In this document: piece after piece, positions 20,201 through 30,647 of the stretch
How the letters are laid out: each line of letters begins with the position of its first letter
Numbering within the stretch: position 1 is the stretch's first letter
Virus record (IMG/VR): IMGVR_UViG_3300044633_003049
Coordinates: 124,001-188,000 of that record
Length of the DNA: 64,000 nt
Strand: one strand, 5' to 3'
Notes under the pieces: generated by a model
Database searches by the model: none
The model's input: the letters and a program-made list of their open reading frames with translations, nothing else
What the model was told of the DNA's origin: nothing
Made by a program: the position numbers and the translations under genes

Positions 20201-23200
20201 GTAATTAATCCGTCAATATTATTTTCTAAACTTAAAGTTAATAAACTATAATCATATGAGTCTATATACCATGCACTTGTATGATCAAGATTTGTTGTTG
20301 ATATGTTATGGGTACCAGTTGTTGCCGATGTTACTGTCGCATCATTACTATTTTGCCATATTAAAACATCGGTTACAACACCATTTACCATTTTGTATAT
20401 GGTTCTGAATGGACTCGTTCCAACTAAAGAATAATAACCATTTAATGCTGTTGAGTCACCATGAACGTCATAATATAATTTCTTACCAATAGTAATACCT
20501 AATCCATTTGAATTATCATAATTTATTACCGTTAAATTTGGTAAGTTTTCAGATTTTATTTCATGTGTGAAATTTAATTCTATGTCAGTAACGCCGGGTT
20601 TTTCTTCATAAGAATATAATGTATCAATTGTGTTTCCTGATAGTGAAGAAAGATATGCTGCCGCTTGATTATCGGCATCATTTTGTGAAACTGTTGATGT
20701 TATAAATCCTTCAGGTATAGTATATATAATCGGTAATGGATTATTTAATTCCCCAACTATTGAACTACCTTGAGTGTACGTTATTGTTAATGAATTACTT
20801 GAGTATGTGGTTGGGGTTGTTGTATATTTAACAGGATATCCCGCAGTGTAAGATAGAAACCACAATTTAAGTGTTTCTGTGATATAATTTGTTTTAGACG
20901 TATCTATAACATTTAGTGAATATTCATTTATGGAATTTTTAGTTGTATATGATAATGTTTTTGTTGTTGGTTTTCCGTCACTTGAATTAGACGGAATATT
21001 ATAAAAATACGCTCCATCATTATATATACCTCTATCCCATGAAGATAAATCGTCTTTTTTATAAATTGTTGATCCGGTTGTTATGTATGGTGTTGTTGCG
21101 TATCTACTGAAAAAATAACTAAATTTTTCTTTAAAATCTTTTGTCTGTGCTGTTAAAGCCAAAATTAAAAAAAACGCTAAAGCCGCAACTGCAATAACTA
21201 AACCAACAATTGGTACAAATACAGATGCTCCGGCACTTGCTATTGATCCACCACCGCTTATTAAAGCCGAAGTTTTTATTATACTTGCCGTAAACCCATA
21301 AACAAATCCCGCAGATAAAACAGATCCACCTAAAGCCGCATAAACCCCTGCGTCATCTTCTAATAATTTAAATAATTCGGGAACTCCAGAACCTAAAATG
21401 TATCCTTTATTAAGTTTTATCACCATATGTTGTACACCTGTAATACCGGAAGAAGTTTCATTCGCAAAATTCCACGCATTGAAAAATGGATTATTAGCGT
21501 TAGTTTCCGTATAACCCGAAGTGTACCCTAAATGATATTTGTAAACCGATGGTTGTAGATAATCTGATGTTGATAAAATTTTATTAACTAAACCAACACC
21601 AGTCATTGACGGTTCAACACCTGTTGGTACTAATAATTCATTTGCTATTAATGTTTCATCGCCTCTATTCTTAAGATTTGTAAAATCTTTTGGTCCTGTA
21701 ACCACGTCTGACGTTTTTCTTGGTCCAAATAATTTTTTAGTTACTTTATAGTCGGTATGTGTACCGAATTCTCTTTTTAATATATTTCCAACTTGATATA
21801 CTTTATTTGTGGGTGACGTTCTAACATTATCACCGTAAAAATACGGTAAAGCAAGTGATGTTAATAAACTATCATTATAAACATTAGTTCCTTTTATAGT
21901 GTAATTATTTGTTGATCCACTCCAATTTGAAATTGATACATTTGACCATAATTTAGTTACCGCTATTGGATTGTTATATGAGTCATATGGTGAATAAGGG
22001 TGAACTCCCATATCATATCCGTAAATCTCGTCTCCACATCCGACAGTAATTGATGTTGTAATTGATGCTCCGTTATATGATTTATTTTGTCCGACGGCAA
22101 TTCTAACTCTAACTTGTCCACTATTAGTTACAACATATATTGTTTTAGTTTTTGATGTTTTAGGAATTTTAATTGATGTTACATCGATAAAACCTATAAA
22201 ATATGGTTGTTGTCTACTATATGATTCGGTATAACTTACCTTTCCGGTAGTGTTGTTATTTACGCCATCACCAATTGAAAAACAAACGTCATCAGCGGTA
22301 CCTGTGTATGTAACCGTTACTGGAACAATTCTGTAACTAGATTCTAAAGTAAAAATAGTATCTTGTACTGAATATTTTAATCCGTTGCTTGCTAATGGAT
22401 TTACAATTGGAATATATTGATGTGTGTATGTATATCCACTAATATAATGTGTTTGTGAACTATTACCACAACCTAATGAAGCTCCAATACAACTTGACTG
22501 AAATACAAAAGAATGTGTAGATGGATTATATGTGTATATTGATCTTTTTTCAATATCTCCAGAAGCATAAGAATATGTTACACCTGAAGGTGCTTCAATT
22601 GTTAATCCATTATCCAAATACCAAGGTCCTGTCGTGAAAGGTGAGAAATTACTAAATCCGGAATTAATATCCAAAATACCATTTATTGGTGGTAAATTTG
22701 GTGTTTTAGCCCTATATAATGTTACAACTGTTGGACATGTTGTACAATAATAACTTGGGCTTGTAAATCCAGTACAAAATTCAGCACTTATTATTACAGG
22801 GTCACAATCAATTTCACAATACATTTGTCCACTCGTTCCACCTGATGTAATGATATCTAAAGTTAGTGAAATGTCATCATTTTTATTTTCATCAAAATAA
22901 AGTGTAATATATTTTGAAGTCTCAGTAGATAGTGTATTTAAATTTTCAACATCTACTAACGTATAAACACCGTTTATTTTTTGATTAATATTAATAGTAA
23001 TATTTGAACCGTTATTTGAACCTGGTGTGAATGTAAATTTAAATAACTTTTTGACTTTTGGTTTTATGAAAACATAAACCGGAATTTTGTTATTTAATTG
23101 ATTATAATTGAAGAAATAACTTTGTATGTTTGATTTAGTTCCAGCATTAGACCATGTTAAAGTTTTTTGAACTCCACAATCGTTTGTTGATGATGTGACG

Positions 23201-23247
23201 TCACTTTCTAAACAATCAATACTAAATGTACCTCCGGTTATACTCAT
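17278..23247 (-). CDS. Giant adhesin-like virion protein: hydrophobic hairpin, DUF5977-like motif, mucin-like Pro/Thr stalk, SprB-like repeats
   Basis: About 65-aa G/A-rich hydrophobic segment; [19 protein letters not shown]; over 300 aa of TPTN repeats; [12 protein letters not shown]...VKDSLGC and VTDANGC. Confidence 0.7.
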   Translation of the reverse strand: MSITGGTFSIDCLESDVTSSTNDCGVQKTLTWSNAGTKSNIQSYFFNYNQLNNKIPVYVFIKPKVKKLFKFTFTPGSNNGSNITININQKINGVYTLVDVENLNTLSTETSKYITLYFDENKNDDISLTLDIITSGGTSGQMYCEIDCDPVIISAEFCTGFTSPSYYCTTCPTVVTLYRAKTPNLPPINGILDINSGFSNFSPFTTGPWYLDNGLTIEAPSGVTYSYASGDIEKRSIYTYNPSTHSFVFQSSCIGASLGCGNSSQTHYISGYTYTHQYIPIVNPLASNGLKYSVQDTIFTLESSYRIVPVTVTYTGTADDVCFSIGDGVNNNTTGKVSYTESYSRQQPYFIGFIDVTSIKIPKTSKTKTIYVVTNSGQVRVRIAVGQNKSYNGASITTSITVGCGDEIYGYDMGVHPYSPYDSYNNPIAVTKLWSNVSISNWSGSTNNYTIKGTNVYNDSLLTSLALPYFYGDNVRTSPTNKVYQVGNILKREFGTHTDYKVTKKLFGPRKTSDVVTGPKDFTNLKNRGDETLIANELLVPTGVEPSMTGVGLVNKILSTSDYLQPSVYKYHLGYTSGYTETNANNPFFNAWNFANETSSGITGVQHMVIKLNKGYILGSGVPELFKLLEDDAGVYAALGGSVLSAGFVYGFTASIIKTSALISGGGSIASAGASVFVPIVGLVIAVAALAFFLILALTAQTKDFKEKFSYFFSRYATTPYITTGSTIYKKDDLSSWDRGIYNDGAYFYNIPSNSSDGKPTTKTLSYTTKNSINEYSLNVIDTSKTNYITETLKLWFLSYTAGYPVKYTTTPTTYSSNSLTITYTQGSSIVGELNNPLPIIYTIPEGFITSTVSQNDADNQAAAYLSSLSGNTIDTLYSYEEKPGVTDIELNFTHEIKSENLPNLTVINYDNSNGLGITIGKKLYYDVHGDSTALNGYYSLVGTSPFRTIYKMVNGVVTDVLIWQNSNDATVTSATTGTHNISTTNLDHTSAWYIDSYDYSLLTLSLENNIDGLITNWNTNTFYTGATTGATVSRGFVDNRTEPTSFFLYNNNLTGTGYTEASDSIYREIFPFSSGKFTYRNPFTILINAEEISDLDNDDNGINFYLTDISGNTVPSYVGVTFNVNIFTGSTSLLTSEKITIGPNETNQFLYLNIPQTGGTLTSYNITDYESENPFDKITFIQSGFTQSTGVTACEYYTGTTYIVDSYGYVQYNRFNTINNGFITEVIYVSEAIYEITDPIQYQSLVPVVDTETYYPPANIRILETGVCYVVPTPTPTPTNTVTPTITPTNTPTPTVNCSFGVSVAILSPTPTPTNTPTPTNTPTNTVTPTVTPTNTPTPTVNCSFGISIVVLAPTPTPTTTNTVTPTNTPTNTPTNTVTPTNTPTNTPTNTPTNTVTPTNTPTNTPTPTNTPTPTVNCSFGISIVVLGPTPTPTATNTATPTNTPTNTPTNTNTPTNTPTNTPTNTPTPTNTPTNTPTNTPTNTPTSTNTPTPTNTPTPTVNCSFGISIVVLGPTPTPTPTNTVTPTNTPTNTPTNTPTNTPTNTVTPTNTPTNTPTNTPTNTPTPTNTPTNTPTNTPTNTPTNTATPTNTPTGTPTPTPSLPALTVSSSSTVQTCYDDSTAAFTLTASGGNGAPYEYSRDNDNWQASGTFSSLAGGTYTGYARNNNRVGTVASVSVGNLAKTAPNATFTITNVSCNGGSNGSIAVTGGSGGSGTGYSTSIDNVTYFALDKTFNSLTAAAHSVYVKDSLGCVHSYSQTITQPTVQTATITSVVNETVPGNGSLQVTSTGGVFPKTYTLYKDTTATSYTDYDYANDTLIVNTLNVPGSSPSEGYASLGCGYYYLRVTDANGCVTYSSHSEIICASQFAYTVVSGTYPVTSNGTATITVTNTSGATKYIWLYGNSTFASSGTLSGYGVLDPSGAASSYSISVNITGPNQTTYSGYWALPSGANYTFNVNKTSPSSGGVFQLQYDDSTAGTNKRNITQIID
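18440..19440 (-). repeat. Coding repeat: (TPTN)n tracts punctuated by four VNCSFG(I/V)S(I/V)xxL modules
   Basis: The sequence aatgaacagtttac recurs near 18731, 18986, 19211 and 19347 within 12-nt-periodic DNA. Confidence 0.9.
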
Positions 23248-23249
23248 TT

Positions 23250-23546
23250 TTATAAACTTTTAATTCCGTAAGTTTCCGATTTTTGACCAGGAACATGTCT
23301 TAATTTGACAGTATCAGTTATAACTGAACTATCAGATGATTTATTATATGTTTTTCTATACATTTCTTCATTACTCCCTTTATTAAATATTACAATATTA
23401 ATATCTGTTGATTGATTTGGTGTGATAAATAAATTAACCGCAAACGTGCCTGTTATACCTGTAACATCAAACCAAATAACTTTATTAACCGTTCCGAAAT
23501 TGGTGCTTATTTGTTTTACAGGTATGGGTGTATATGTTGTACTCAT
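23250..23546 (-). CDS. Hypothetical 98-aa beta-rich protein
   Basis: Tightly packed (1-2 nt gaps) between two appendage genes. Confidence 0.6.
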   Translation of the reverse strand: MSTTYTPIPVKQISTNFGTVNKVIWFDVTGITGTFAVNLFITPNQSTDINIVIFNKGSNEEMYRKTYNKSSDSSVITDTVKLRHVPGQKSETYGIKSL

Positions 23547-23547
23547 G

Positions 23548-24843
23548 TTATAATATTTGATAAAAATTCCCTAGTGCCGTGGTTGTGAATGTGGTTCCTC
23601 TTTCAACAAATCTTGATTGAAAAAATCCGTCACAATCTATCCAAGATACGGTGTCACTATATTCTTGATTTGCATTAAATGTTATGGTTCTACAATTTAC
23701 TGTTGTTCCTGTTGATGATGTTTCTGAACCTGACGTATCTACTGTAATTGAATTACAACTACTTCCTGTTACTACATTATTATATGCCGCAACACTAATT
23801 AGTGGATAACCTGGTGATAATGTATTAATTAATATACAATCATTAATCGTATATGTGCCTGTTGATGTTATATTTCTAAATACAAATCCATTTATGGTAT
23901 CATATTTAATATTTCCTATTGCCGTTACGTTAATTGTTGTCCCACTATAATATGTTGTACCTGTTGTTGCACTTGAACAATCAACACCGTCAGGACATGA
24001 CGCGGTAAATACCACATTAAATGGTGTAAATGTATTACCCGTTGTTGTTGAATAAACCACAACGTCTAATGTTGTTTTTGTGTCATTACTAATGAAACCT
24101 ACCGTATCAGATATACTTTGAGCCCCCGTACCAAATGCGTATGTGGTACCATAACTCTCAGCTACATTACCGACGAATATTTCATTATTTGAGTTTGTAT
24201 TTCCACTAATGTTAATTGTAATATCTACATTACCATAAGTTTGATTTAATTCAAAAAGTTGTGTTGGGGTGTTATATCCTTGTGTCGCAACATTGTATGT
24301 TAATGAACCTGAACAAACTAATGTTGTTCTTAATGTTGATAATGCACAATTGCCCGCTAATTCAACATAACTTGAATCTGTTAATGTCATACCTCCATCA
24401 TAATTTGAAAATAAATATGGTTCTGTATCGGCACAACTTTGAGCACAAATATAATCTGTAAATGTTCCTGGATATGAAAAAGTTAGATATGATGTCTCAC
24501 CACTATAAGTTCCACAAGGATAATAATATAAATAAATCTTATTATCGGTTTCACCTGATATATTGTTTAAATCACTCTGATTAATAACGATATTATATGA
24601 TGTACATTCGTCACAAGGTTTTTTAATATCTTCTTTAGTAATTAATTGATTGGATAATTTTTCACTATATGAAACATGTAGGGGATTAATATTAATATAT
24701 TGTAGTGCACGTTCTTTTGTAACTCCTTTATCTGTTGTTGGAATCGTTGTTTTTGATGTTAAAAAACCATCTTCAGCGGCTCTATTAATATCACTATCAG
24801 TTAATATTTTATTTTTGGTTATCCCTGTCCATGATAATGACAT
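23548..24843 (-). CDS. Cys-rich modular fibre-associated protein
   Basis: Overlaps the fibre gene by 35 nt. Several Cys-bounded S/T-rich modules. Confidence 0.6.
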   Translation of the reverse strand: MSLSWTGITKNKILTDSDINRAAEDGFLTSKTTIPTTDKGVTKERALQYININPLHVSYSEKLSNQLITKEDIKKPCDECTSYNIVINQSDLNNISGETDNKIYLYYYPCGTYSGETSYLTFSYPGTFTDYICAQSCADTEPYLFSNYDGGMTLTDSSYVELAGNCALSTLRTTLVCSGSLTYNVATQGYNTPTQLFELNQTYGNVDITINISGNTNSNNEIFVGNVAESYGTTYAFGTGAQSISDTVGFISNDTKTTLDVVVYSTTTGNTFTPFNVVFTASCPDGVDCSSATTGTTYYSGTTINVTAIGNIKYDTINGFVFRNITSTGTYTINDCILINTLSPGYPLISVAAYNNVVTGSSCNSITVDTSGSETSSTGTTVNCRTITFNANQEYSDTVSWIDCDGFFQSRFVERGTTFTTTALGNFYQIL

Positions 24844-27139
24844 ACAATGACTCTATTTTATTTTCTAATTGTTTTATTTTATTTTCCAATTGATGTATTT
24901 TGAGAGTATGGACATCGTTATAGTTGACACTCATTGGTAAATCACCAACGACTAAGTCAGAACAAGCTTCTTTAACACTTTGAGCCGAATAACCATATCT
25001 TACTTGATTATCACCTTTTAATGTGAATTGTATAACATCTAATGTTGATAAATCCACATTTGGATTAACTGATATAATATCTTTATATCTAATATCTGAT
25101 ACTTCGTAATACGCAGCAGCACTTACACTACCTGTAACAGATAATGATCCTGAAATTATTTGATTTCCTTTAAATGTATTTGAACCAGTTGTTGCAAAAT
25201 CTCCATAATTTTTTATTTGTATTGAACTAGACACAATACCTGAAGGTATTCCATTCAAACCGCTATATGTAATCTGTGAACTACCTGAAACTAAAGATGG
25301 TTTGTCGATAATACCATTGAATGATATTTGACCTGAACCGGACACTACACTTATACCATTAAAAAATGAACCTGAATGTATAGTTGTTCCACCCAATACT
25401 TGTGAAGAACCTGATACCAAACCTGGTGGAACATCTGTAATACCGGTGAATGATATTTGTGATGAACCTGATATTACACCATCAGTTAATCTTAATAATT
25501 TTGATTCGGACCCCAAAGGACCAGCCATCCAATAATCATTTGTTGTATTCCATAATAACGAACCTGATACTAATGATGCGGTAGTTGCATCCCTAACAAC
25601 CAAACCCGCATTTGCGGCTCCTGAACCATTTAACGATATAATATTATCACCAATTTCAAGTGTTGTTGAATTGATTGTTGTAGTTGTGCCAGATACAATT
25701 AAATTACCACCAATAGTAACTGTTGTACCGTCATCTGTTATTGATGAGTCACCTACAGTTGATGAGGAAGTAAATTTAACTACTTTATTGTTAGTACCTG
25801 ATGTTGTAATTGAAGTTCCTGAACTTCCGTCTGTTCCATTAGAACCACTAGACCCTGAAGACCCGTCAGTACCATTACTACCTGATGAACCACTAGTACC
25901 ATCTGTTCCATTAGAACCACTAGTACCAGAACTACCATCAGTACCATTGGAACCTGATGAACCATTAGAACCTGAACTACCGTCTGTTCCGTTAGAACCA
26001 CTAGTTCCTGAAGTACCATCTGTTCCATTACTTCCACTACTTCCCGAAGACCCGTCAGTTCCATTAGAACCTGAAGAACCAGAAGAACCATCTGTTCCAT
26101 TAGAACCAGATGAACCTGAAGAACCTGAAGAACCAGAAGAACCATCTGTTCCATTAGAACCAGATGAACCTGAAGAACCTGAAGAACCAGAAGAACCATC
26201 TGTTCCATTAGAACCAGATGAACCTGAAGAACCTGAAGAACCTGAAGAACCATCTGTTCCATTAGAACCAGATGAACCTGAAGAACCTGAAGAACCAGAA
26301 GAACCATCTGTTCCATTAGAACCAGATGAACCTGAAGAACCTGAAGAACCAGAAGAACCATCTGTTCCATTAGAACCAGATGAACCTGATGTTGATGCGT
26401 TTGTTTTTGTTTCTAATCTACCTGATGTTGTATTATAAACAATAACTTCTGTTGATGTTGATCCTGATGTTAATCCTGTAATATAAATTGAACCTGTGAA
26501 TTGATGTGTGTCGTCATTGGTATCACCAAATTTTGTTGAACCTGATGAATATAAAACAGATGATGTAACATATGTCATATAAAGTTCGTCAGCCGTAATC
26601 GCACCTTTAACTTTAAATGAACCTGTTACTTCTAAATTGTTTGTTGTGTAATAATACCCTGCACCTGATATAAATAAAGAATCACCTGATGTACCTGAAG
26701 AACCGTTGGTTCCATTAGACCCTGAAGAACCATTTGTTCCGTTAGAACCACTAGAACCTGAAGAACCGTTGGTTCCGTTAGAACCTGATGTACCATGTGT
26801 TCCTGGATTTCCTTGATTACCCTGAGCTCCGGCCTCCCCATCACTACCTGATGTTCCAGAAGTTCCACTTGTTCCAGAAATACCTGATGAACCTGATGAA
26901 CCATTTGTTCCATTATTTCCCGTGTCACCTTTTGTTCCACTTGAACCACTTGTTCCGCTAGACCCTATTCCTGATGTTCCAGATGTACCATTACTTCCAT
27001 CACTAAATCCAGTTAAAAATAATTCTCTTTTAATTCTAGACGTTACCGTTTGACCGGAATTATTTACAATTAACCATGAACCTGATATGTCTCCCTCAAA
27101 TAAGGGTAATTCACTAATTGGTATATCTGTTCCTGCCAT
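24809..27139 (-). CDS. Tail fibre with collagen-like G-S-S/G-T-D repeats and C-terminal S74 intramolecular chaperone
   Basis: N-terminal IPISELP, two long Gly-X-Y tracts, SDIRYK autocleavage motif, GYSAQSV, then a terminal coiled coil. Confidence 0.85.
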   Translation of the reverse strand: MAGTDIPISELPLFEGDISGSWLIVNNSGQTVTSRIKRELFLTGFSDGSNGTSGTSGIGSSGTSGSSGTKGDTGNNGTNGSSGSSGISGTSGTSGTSGSDGEAGAQGNQGNPGTHGTSGSNGTNGSSGSSGSNGTNGSSGSNGTNGSSGTSGDSLFISGAGYYYTTNNLEVTGSFKVKGAITADELYMTYVTSSVLYSSGSTKFGDTNDDTHQFTGSIYITGLTSGSTSTEVIVYNTTSGRLETKTNASTSGSSGSNGTDGSSGSSGSSGSSGSNGTDGSSGSSGSSGSSGSNGTDGSSGSSGSSGSSGSNGTDGSSGSSGSSGSSGSNGTDGSSGSSGSSGSSGSNGTDGSSGSSGSNGTDGSSGSSGSNGTDGTSGTSGSNGTDGSSGSNGSSGSNGTDGSSGTSGSNGTDGTSGSSGSNGTDGSSGSSGSNGTDGSSGTSITTSGTNNKVVKFTSSSTVGDSSITDDGTTVTIGGNLIVSGTTTTINSTTLEIGDNIISLNGSGAANAGLVVRDATTASLVSGSLLWNTTNDYWMAGPLGSESKLLRLTDGVISGSSQISFTGITDVPPGLVSGSSQVLGGTTIHSGSFFNGISVVSGSGQISFNGIIDKPSLVSGSSQITYSGLNGIPSGIVSSSIQIKNYGDFATTGSNTFKGNQIISGSLSVTGSVSAAAYYEVSDIRYKDIISVNPNVDLSTLDVIQFTLKGDNQVRYGYSAQSVKEACSDLVVGDLPMSVNYNDVHTLKIHQLENKIKQLENKIESLYVIIMDRDNQK
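26081..26388 (-). repeat. Near-perfect 54-bp tandem repeat (about 5.5 copies) encoding GSSGSSGSSGSSGSNGTD
   Basis: ccattagaacc recurs at 26097, 26151, 26205, 26259, 26313 and 26367. Confidence 0.93.
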
Positions 27140-27177
27140 AACTATTGATTAACTAATAAATATATTAGTTTTTGGTT

Positions 27178-28050
27178 CTAATCGACATTTATGTAATTAT
27201 TATTTTCAGTTTTAATAGGATTGAGGTCTTCAGTATTAATTCTCATATAACTCGCAGCACTTTCACCACAATTAACAACCTTAACAACTTGATTTGTTAG
27301 ATACGGTGATTCAAAAACTATTCTAATTGTTTTCTCTTCAGCAACATCAAATGATTTTGTTACACTACCATTAATTCCAATTGGTGATGTGGTTTCGTCT
27401 CCCCAATGTACCGTAAATGATGACCCCGATATTGATAAATCTTGTCCGTCAATTATTATATATTCAGACAATTCGTTCTTAATTTGTTGGGGGTATTCAG
27501 ATGTCAAATTTCTAACACCTGTTACATTCGTTGTTCCGTCTGGATTTGTATCATTAGCTAAAATGATATTAACTAATTGATACGTTGTTGTATTGTTAAT
27601 TGTTATTGTGCTACCAGTTTCAGTACAAACACTTTCATATGCGAAGTTTGCACTAATTTTATTATGTCCAATATTTTTATCAAACTCAACCATATCTCCC
27701 ATTTCATCGGCCGTTGCTTCTAAAAATAATGGTAGTTGGAAATCGTCATAAACTTGACTATTAATATGTGTTTCTATTTCTTGTTCTGTCGTACCAGTAC
27801 CAATAATTAAATTCCATGTGTCTCCTGTTGTTGGTGTATTCCATTTATAATATCCACTTGTTACGGTACCACCTGTTACATTAAAAACTAAAAAACCTGT
27901 GTCGGGTGTAAATCCGGTAGCTAAAAAGTCGGTCGCTCCCGTCCATGAAATCGGCGTATCATTAGAATCATACCATGTCTTTCCCGTTAATGAAACTAAT
28001 TTCACTTCAGGTATTTTTTTTCTTCTAATGGTATGGTTAATTCTTTTCAT
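27178..28050 (-). CDS. Putative virion protein with PKD-like WGD motif (possible N-terminal half of a split gene)
   Basis: FTVHWGD motif, seven [ST]GxT motifs, C-terminal INTEDLNPIKTENNNYI peptide. Confidence 0.6.
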   Translation of the reverse strand: MKRINHTIRRKKIPEVKLVSLTGKTWYDSNDTPISWTGATDFLATGFTPDTGFLVFNVTGGTVTSGYYKWNTPTTGDTWNLIIGTGTTEQEIETHINSQVYDDFQLPLFLEATADEMGDMVEFDKNIGHNKISANFAYESVCTETGSTITINNTTTYQLVNIILANDTNPDGTTNVTGVRNLTSEYPQQIKNELSEYIIIDGQDLSISGSSFTVHWGDETTSPIGINGSVTKSFDVAEEKTIRIVFESPYLTNQVVKVVNCGESAASYMRINTEDLNPIKTENNNYINVD

Positions 28051-28855
28051 AAAACTTTATCGGGGTATTTGTTATTCCTGATTTTGTCCCTCTACTAATT
28101 CCGTTATATTTGTAAACTTGGTATGAATAATCTCTTTTATCAATATCAACTTGGTAGTACATATCATTTTGTTCAGTAATAGTGTGACTCGTACTATAAC
28201 TATCATTTGTAAAATCTAAAATTGTACCTTCTTTTGCGTTATAAAACTTTGCTGTCATAAAAAAGGTGTTACTTGTCGTTGTACCACTTAAATTTGTTTC
28301 AGTTAAAACACTCTCATCTTGGAACCAAAAGAAATACATATTTTCTTTGTTACTATAATTTGATCCTCTAAAAACAGGTAAATGTATATAACCATTAAGT
28401 GAATTATAAAACATTTTTTCACCTAACGGTAACGACAAATTTTTTGCAAATATTAATTTTCTATTTTGTCTTGTTGGTGGTTCACATGTTAATACATTAC
28501 CTGAGACGGTTCCTGGTGTTTTAAAAAATTCCAATCTAAAAAAACTTTCGGTGGCCTGTTTCAACATACTTTCATTTTCTTGTGAACTTATACCTTGTGG
28601 GGTATAATCTTGAGTATATGTTCCATCACTTAAAAAATAAAAATAAAACCAAATATCGGTTTGCGCTACACCATCAGATAAATATGGTTTATGGATATAT
28701 CTAACCGTTTCGTAATTCTCAATTGGATTAATAATATCACTTAACACTTCGGTTTCAAATTCTTTCAAATTTTCTTCCCAACCGAGATTTGTTTGAAAAT
28801 CAGTTTCAGTATTTAATAATATATTTAAATCAGTATCTTTTCTTAATATTTTCAT
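28037..28855 (-). CDS. Putative virion structural protein
   Basis: 272 aa, translationally coupled within the baseplate cluster. Confidence 0.6.
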   Translation of the reverse strand: MKILRKDTDLNILLNTETDFQTNLGWEENLKEFETEVLSDIINPIENYETVRYIHKPYLSDGVAQTDIWFYFYFLSDGTYTQDYTPQGISSQENESMLKQATESFFRLEFFKTPGTVSGNVLTCEPPTRQNRKLIFAKNLSLPLGEKMFYNSLNGYIHLPVFRGSNYSNKENMYFFWFQDESVLTETNLSGTTTSNTFFMTAKFYNAKEGTILDFTNDSYSTSHTITEQNDMYYQVDIDKRDYSYQVYKYNGISRGTKSGITNTPIKFYEKN

Positions 28856-28856
28856 G

Positions 28857-30647
28857 TTAACAATCTGAATTACTATTTTTATTATTTATATCCATGAAAC
28901 TCGTTATTCCATTTGATTTATTTTTATAATATCTTTCATTTCTTAAATAGAAATTAATGTTTGCTTTAACATAATGATTACCATTCATAAAAGGAAAATC
29001 TGTTCCGAATCCATCGGAATCAACGTAACCGTGATCATATATATCTCTCCATCTCCAAACTTTATCATATGGGTCATACTTTGCATTTTCAGGTAAATTG
29101 AAAATATCATTAGTATTTGCAGTTTCGGTATATGGTGATAATTCCCTTAATTTAATTCTATAATGTGGTTGATATATTAATCCTTCTAAATTTGTTGATG
29201 ACGCATATGTTGAACCCGATGTTTGTCCGTGATTAAATATTGTTATTGGATTTGTGATTTTATGAAATGATTCACTTACAATTCTCTCAGTCATTTCTTT
29301 TGGGTTATATTCAACAAAGGCACCATTTAATATTGAACCTATTGGTAATGTTTGTCCACTTAAAAATGTAAATCCAGTGTATCCAGGTAAATTTGTGTTT
29401 CCAGTAAATGACGTACTCGTTAATCCAATTTCGTTTGATGTGGTTCCACTAAAATGTTCATCAATCCATGTATCGTGAAAATGAAATTTATATCCAACCT
29501 TTGGTGGATAATTAAAATATCCATTTCCATTTCTAAAAATTGCAGTAACAAAAACATTTGTTGGACTAAATCCTAAATTATTTGTTAATCCACTTAATTT
29601 TAATGGTTCCTTAAAATCATATAAAACAGATTCCATTCTATTTCTTTCAACTATAACATCATTTGTACCTACACTATTTTCAAATAGTATTTTTTTCTCG
29701 TCTTCAAACACTGGACTTTCAAATCCAAGTGAATCCATTATATATCCACCTTCATTAGTTAATGTTTTATGTTTGTGAACATAATATTTGGAAGTTGAAG
29801 CAACAATGTTATTAAAATCTTTACATCTTTTACCTAACATAATTGTACTGAATGTTGTTCCCGTTTTTATTTGTGACTTTATAATATTAATGACATATTT
29901 TTTAGAATCAAACGTTTCATTACCAACTGAATTGATATAAAAGGTTCTACCTGTTAATGTTAATCCTGTTAATGTACTACCAGATAGAACCACATGTTCA
30001 CCTTCGCTCATTCCATGTTCAACTGGTGATGTTAATTCATAATATGTGGTATAATCCACGACTCTAAATGGAATACCATCTTTAGCGGTGAAACTAACTT
30101 TAGTTCCGCCTGTTAGCGTATAGTCCATTTTAAATTCACTATCACCACTATAAACATAACTTAAATATAAATTCCAGTTTTGGTATGGTGCCGATATTGG
30201 TGTTACGGTTGTGTGTGCTGTTGATCCTGATTTTACTATGTTTGGTGTAAAGGTACCTAATGTATTTCCCGTTACCGGTAAATTAACTTCTCTATAAACG
30301 TCTCTTCTTAAAAATGCAAATTCGTCATATGGTAAATAACCATCAAAAACAGTACTATCTTGTATGTTACTACCGTCACCCGTTAAATATAATCTTTGTT
30401 TTAAATAAGAATAAGGTGTCGATCCAGAATATAAATTACGAAAAACCATTTTTAACTTTCCATATATCTTATAATTTATACTTTCATTACGTTCTTTATA
30501 ATATTGTTCATCTATATCTAATATTATGTCCCTTTCACCTATTCGCATAAGTGTATCACTATTGTCAAGATTTAGTTTTAATTCTAATTCTTGGTCATCC
30601 GCCTTTGCGAATTTTTTACTTGGTAATATGATTTGTTTCTTTTCCAT
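28857..30647 (-). CDS. Putative virion structural protein
   Basis: 596 aa with 14 [ST]GxT motifs. TAATG coupling to the upstream gene. Confidence 0.6.
   Translation of the reverse strand: MEKKQIILPSKKFAKADDQELELKLNLDNSDTLMRIGERDIILDIDEQYYKERNESINYKIYGKLKMVFRNLYSGSTPYSYLKQRLYLTGDGSNIQDSTVFDGYLPYDEFAFLRRDVYREVNLPVTGNTLGTFTPNIVKSGSTAHTTVTPISAPYQNWNLYLSYVYSGDSEFKMDYTLTGGTKVSFTAKDGIPFRVVDYTTYYELTSPVEHGMSEGEHVVLSGSTLTGLTLTGRTFYINSVGNETFDSKKYVINIIKSQIKTGTTFSTIMLGKRCKDFNNIVASTSKYYVHKHKTLTNEGGYIMDSLGFESPVFEDEKKILFENSVGTNDVIVERNRMESVLYDFKEPLKLSGLTNNLGFSPTNVFVTAIFRNGNGYFNYPPKVGYKFHFHDTWIDEHFSGTTSNEIGLTSTSFTGNTNLPGYTGFTFLSGQTLPIGSILNGAFVEYNPKEMTERIVSESFHKITNPITIFNHGQTSGSTYASSTNLEGLIYQPHYRIKLRELSPYTETANTNDIFNLPENAKYDPYDKVWRWRDIYDHGYVDSDGFGTDFPFMNGNHYVKANINFYLRNERYYKNKSNGITSFMDINNKNSNSDC

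Noticed and set aside
26081-26388. Regular repeat as a CRISPR array
   Set aside because: Units are contiguous, in frame and have no unique spacers. No cas genes are present.
25671-26949. EPEEP (plus-strand) and VLQVLQ (alternate-frame) ORFs
   Set aside because: Frame and strand shadows of the Gly-Ser-Ser repeats in the fibre gene.
16517-27139. Diversity-generating retroelement or invertible fibre cassette
   Set aside because: No reverse transcriptase or recombinase, and no template/variable repeat pair or flanking inverted repeats seen by eye.
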